DNA from: Polyangiaceae bacterium | Lineage (GTDB): Bacteria; Myxococcota_A; Polyangia; Polyangiales; Polyangiaceae | Assembly (NCBI GenBank): GCA_044222475.1 | Contig: JBGANF010000196.1 | Span: 1-10,827 of the forward strand | DNA length: 10,827 bases | Reading direction: 5' to 3' | In this document: positions 7,964 to 10,827 of the stretch, piece by piece | Layout: each line of letters starts with the position of its first letter | How positions within the stretch are numbered: position 1 is the first letter of the stretch | Program-made: the position numbers and the translations under genes | Notes under the pieces: generated by a model | Databases searched by the model: none | The model's input: the letters and a program-made list of their open reading frames with translations, nothing else | Told to the model about the DNA's origin: nothing

Positions 7964-10492
7964 CTACTTCTTCGCCAAACCGCAGATCGTAGTTCCGCGG
8001 TTCGACAACAGGCTGTGGCCCGCGACGACATCGACCCGTCCGTCGCCATCGAAGTCCGCGAGCGCGAGCCCGCGGAGGTATCCCTGGTCGAAAGCGGCGA
8101 CCGGATAGCTCAGCGGAGGGGCAAACCCGGTCGGGGTGCCGAGTCGAACGATGATGCGGGTCCCCGCCGCGACGGCGAGGTCCTTTCGCCCGTCGCCGTC
8201 GAGGTCGCCGACCGCGAGGCCACTCAGAGAAATCTGGACACTCGTCGGGTGACCGTACATCGCGAGCGTGACCGGATACTCGAACGAGCCGTCGCCCTTC
8301 CCTCGGAGCACGTAGAGGTTGTCGAGCGCTCCCCTCAACACGGCGTCGAGCTTGCCGTCGCCATCGACGTCGGCCGCGAGCGCCTCGTACGGGCTGACGT
8401 AGAAGTCGTAGGGCGCGGTGGGGCCGGGGACGAGGGTTTTGGATGCCGTCCCGAAAAGGGTCCGCACCTTCGGCGCTGCAAACGTAACGAGGTCATCCTT
8501 GCCGTCTGCATTGAAGTCGCCCGCGACCATGACGGATGTGGTCACGGACGGCGAGAAGGTCGGGCCGAATCCACCCTTGCCGTCACCGAACTGTACGTAA
8601 ATGGAACCGGCACTAAAACGGGGGGTGAGTGAAATGTCGAGCGAACCATCGCCGTCGAAGTCGGCGAACGCAGCATCTCCGACGGCGAAGCCCGGTTGCA
8701 GCTGCACCTTCGACGCGAACCCGCCCTGTCCGTCGCCGATGAGAAGCCAGGACTGCAGGAACCCGGTGAGCAGGTCAGGGTGGCCGTCTCCGTTCCAATC
8801 GCCAACTTGGCCATTTGCGGTGCCGATTCCCGCCGCGTTCTCGGGCGCAAACGACCCGCCTCCGAGATTGCGGCGGATGCCCCCCGCCGTGACGATGTCG
8901 ACGCGACCGTCCCCGTCGAAGTCTGCAGCGGCACGCGACCAGACTCCGAGATCAGGGTTCGTCGCGAACGCGGTGGGCTGGAGGAAGCCGTTACCTTGAT
9001 TGAGGTACAGCACGGCGCCGCCACTCGAGAAAGTCTCGACGAAGAAGTCGAGCTTTTGGTCGCCGTCGAAGTCCGCAACGCCCAATGGCGCGCCCGACGT
9101 ACGAGTCCACGTGACCGGAGCGGATAGCGTTCCGTCGCCGACGCCGCGAAACATTCTCACCGACGAGCCAGAGAGGAGGACATCGAGGTTGCCGTCGCCG
9201 TCGGCATCGGCGGTCTTCATGTACCCCACGTCGTTCGTGGCGAAGACTGCTTTTGCGGTGAACGTCCCGTCGCCGTTGCCCAAGAGCGTGCGGATGCCGT
9301 CATTGGCTGCGATCACCAGGTCGACCTTCGGGTCTCCGTCGAGTCGGACGGCGGCGAAGCGGCCCACTCCGGCGGGGATCCCGGTCGTTGGACCGGGGAC
9401 GAACGTTCCACTTCCGTTGGACACGAGTACGTCGATCTGATTCGCCAAGACCGCCCCCGTCATCACGTCGCGATCACCATCGCCGTCTACGTCGGCCAGC
9501 TCCACATGGAACACACCGAGCGGGAAGGAGTGTGCGTCGGCGAGGAACCCCTTTCCTGCGCCCTGCACGTTTCGCAAGATCGTGACGTCCCCGTCGCTGC
9601 TCGCGACCAGATCTGCCGAGCCGTCGCCATCGAGATCGCCTGCGAGCACGATGACGCCGAGGTAGGCCGGCGTCGAGATTACCGGGGGGTCGAACGTTCC
9701 ATCTCCGCGGCCGCGCAAAACCTCCACCTTCCCGTCAGCGCCCGTGACCAAGTCGAGGTGACCGTCACCATCCAGATCGGTGACGACCGGCCAAAGGCTG
9801 AGCGCGACCGGATACTTCACCGCAGCGCGGAAGGTTCCGTTCCCATTTCCCAGTGCGACGCGCAGCCCAGCCGAAATAGGTACGGAGCCCGACTCGAGCC
9901 CGACCATGTCGAGCTTTCCGTCTTCATCGAAGTCGGCGAGCTTGACGCCACTTCCGACGTCGACGAGCGGGAGCGAGGGCAGCTGAAGCGCAGTCGTACA
10001 CCACCGACATGCACCGCCCACGCACGCCGCGTTCTTGCCGCAAGCGACACCGCAAGCGCCGCAGTTGAGATTGTCGCTCGCGAGATTCGTGCAGACTGGA
10101 GCTTTGCCTCCGCACGTGGCGAGGCCGATCTGACATGAGAGCGCGCAGCTCCCCGCACTACACACCTCACCGGCCGCGCAAACGGTGCCGCAACCGCCGC
10201 AGTTGCTCCGATCGACGCGGACATCGACGCAGCTGTTCGCGCAGCTCACCGTTCCGGCGCTGCAAGCCGACGTGCAAGTGCCGCTGTTGCACACGAGACC
10301 GCTTGCGCAGACGTTCCCGCATGCGCCGCAGTTCGTCGGGTCGACTTGGACGACGGCGCATCGATCGCCGCAGCGATCCGATCCCGGGGCGCACGCAAGC
10401 GGTTCGGCCGTGCTGCCTCCGCAGCCTGGCGCGAAGGCGAACGCGAGCGGAAGCGCGACGAACGAAAGAACGGTGAAAGCGAACTTCGACAA
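7964..10492 (-). CDS. Lipoprotein with three 8-Cys (Stig1-like/myxobacterial Cys-rich) repeats and 14 FG-GAP/VCBS repeats (842 aa)
   Basis: TTG start; signal peptide ends FAFAPG-C. Three C-x-C-x-C-x-D-x2-NCG-x-CG-x2-C-x5-C-x4-C units. 14 D(F/L/V)DGDGxxD-type Ca-binding blade motifs. Confidence 0.92.
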   Translation of the reverse strand: MSKFAFTVLSFVALPLAFAFAPGCGGSTAEPLACAPGSDRCGDRCAVVQVDPTNCGACGNVCASGLVCNSGTCTSACSAGTVSCANSCVDVRVDRSNCGGCGTVCAAGEVCSAGSCALSCQIGLATCGGKAPVCTNLASDNLNCGACGVACGKNAACVGGACRWCTTALQLPSLPLVDVGSGVKLADFDEDGKLDMVGLESGSVPISAGLRVALGNGNGTFRAAVKYPVALSLWPVVTDLDGDGHLDLVTGADGKVEVLRGRGDGTFDPPVISTPAYLGVIVLAGDLDGDGSADLVASSDGDVTILRNVQGAGKGFLADAHSFPLGVFHVELADVDGDGDRDVMTGAVLANQIDVLVSNGSGTFVPGPTTGIPAGVGRFAAVRLDGDPKVDLVIAANDGIRTLLGNGDGTFTAKAVFATNDVGYMKTADADGDGNLDVLLSGSSVRMFRGVGDGTLSAPVTWTRTSGAPLGVADFDGDQKLDFFVETFSSGGAVLYLNQGNGFLQPTAFATNPDLGVWSRAAADFDGDGRVDIVTAGGIRRNLGGGSFAPENAAGIGTANGQVGDWNGDGHPDLLTGFLQSWLLIGDGQGGFASKVQLQPGFAVGDAAFADFDGDGSLDISLTPRFSAGSIYVQFGDGKGGFGPTFSPSVTTSVMVAGDFNADGKDDLVTFAAPKVRTLFGTASKTLVPGPTAPYDFYVSPYEALAADVDGDGKLDAVLRGALDNLYVLRGKGDGSFEYPVTLAMYGHPTSVQISLSGLAVGDLDGDGRKDLAVAAGTRIIVRLGTPTGFAPPLSYPVAAFDQGYLRGLALADFDGDGRVDVVAGHSLLSNRGTTICGLAKK

Positions 10493-10601
10493 CCCAAGCA
10501 GTGTAGCTGACGATCACCCGCACTAGGCCACCGTCGTGCGCGAACCTCCGCCGCCACCGAAATGGTGGGACCTAGGCGCGGTATGCTGCTCGCATGTGGA
10601 C

Positions 10602-10827
10602 ATGCCGCGCTCCCCGGTGAAGCTCGTCCCCGGCAGCCTCGCGGCCGCGCTCGACGAACGCGCGCTCGCGTCGCTCGCGGGCGACGCGAGGGCGCGACTT
10701 CGCTGGCAGCGCACTCTGCAGCGGTGGCCACCTCCACCGAAGCGCGCTCCGAACGGCACTCCCTACGTGTCGCTCTACGAAGGCCCGACGTTGCGCGGTT
10801 GCTTCGGCGACCAGGAAGGTGCGCCCG
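10602..10827 (+). CDS. Probable AMMECR1-domain protein, 5' part; runs off the right edge
   Basis: Open frame from ATG 10602 (or in-frame GTG 10596): MPRSPVKLVPGSLAAALDERALASLAGDARARLRWQ...TPYVSLYEGPTLRGCFGDQEG. YVSL...LRGCFG resembles the AMMECR1 FVTL...LRGCIG signature. TATGCT lies at 10582-10587. Confidence 0.6.
   Translation, partial: MPRSPVKLVPGSLAAALDERALASLAGDARARLRWQRTLQRWPPPPKRAPNGTPYVSLYEGPTLRGCFGDQEGAP

Noticed and set aside
6382..8049. 555-aa minus ORF (and 5849..6628)
   Set aside because: Antisense to the kinase and cupin genes, with no recognisable domain.
2470..10000. Repeated DNA motifs (e.g. ccgtcgccgtcga, gcagtaccacttgg) as CRISPR or REP arrays
   Set aside because: They are coding repeats (FG-GAP DGDG motifs, paralogous genes) without constant repeat/spacer periodicity.
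10521..10577. Two CTAGGC copies around a small CCACC-gaaat-GGTGG hairpin as a MITE or target-site duplication
   Set aside because: Too short, no terminal inverted repeats, and compatible with chance.

Overview
High-GC window that looks myxobacterial (Polyangiales-like; inferred from gene content). Left part, minus strand: three tandem paralogous Cys-rich lipoprotein genes (4450->2470) behind a candidate sigma54 promoter. They are followed by a Hanks-type Ser/Thr kinase with a frameshift near 1548 and the 5' 400 codons of priA, which runs off the window. Middle: a small His/Cys lipoprotein-like gene, a divergent TetR/cupin pair with two visible palindromic operators and overlapping -10 boxes, a second Ser/Thr kinase with a candidate sigma54 promoter and enhancer palindrome, and a C-terminal remnant of a Y1/RAYT-like transposase. 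Right part: an 842-aa lipoprotein with three 8-Cys repeats and 14 FG-GAP repeats, then the start of a divergent AMMECR1-like gene. No RNA genes or CRISPR array seen. Most long ORFs in the supplied track are GC-rich shadow frames. All family calls are from motif recognition; no searches were run.
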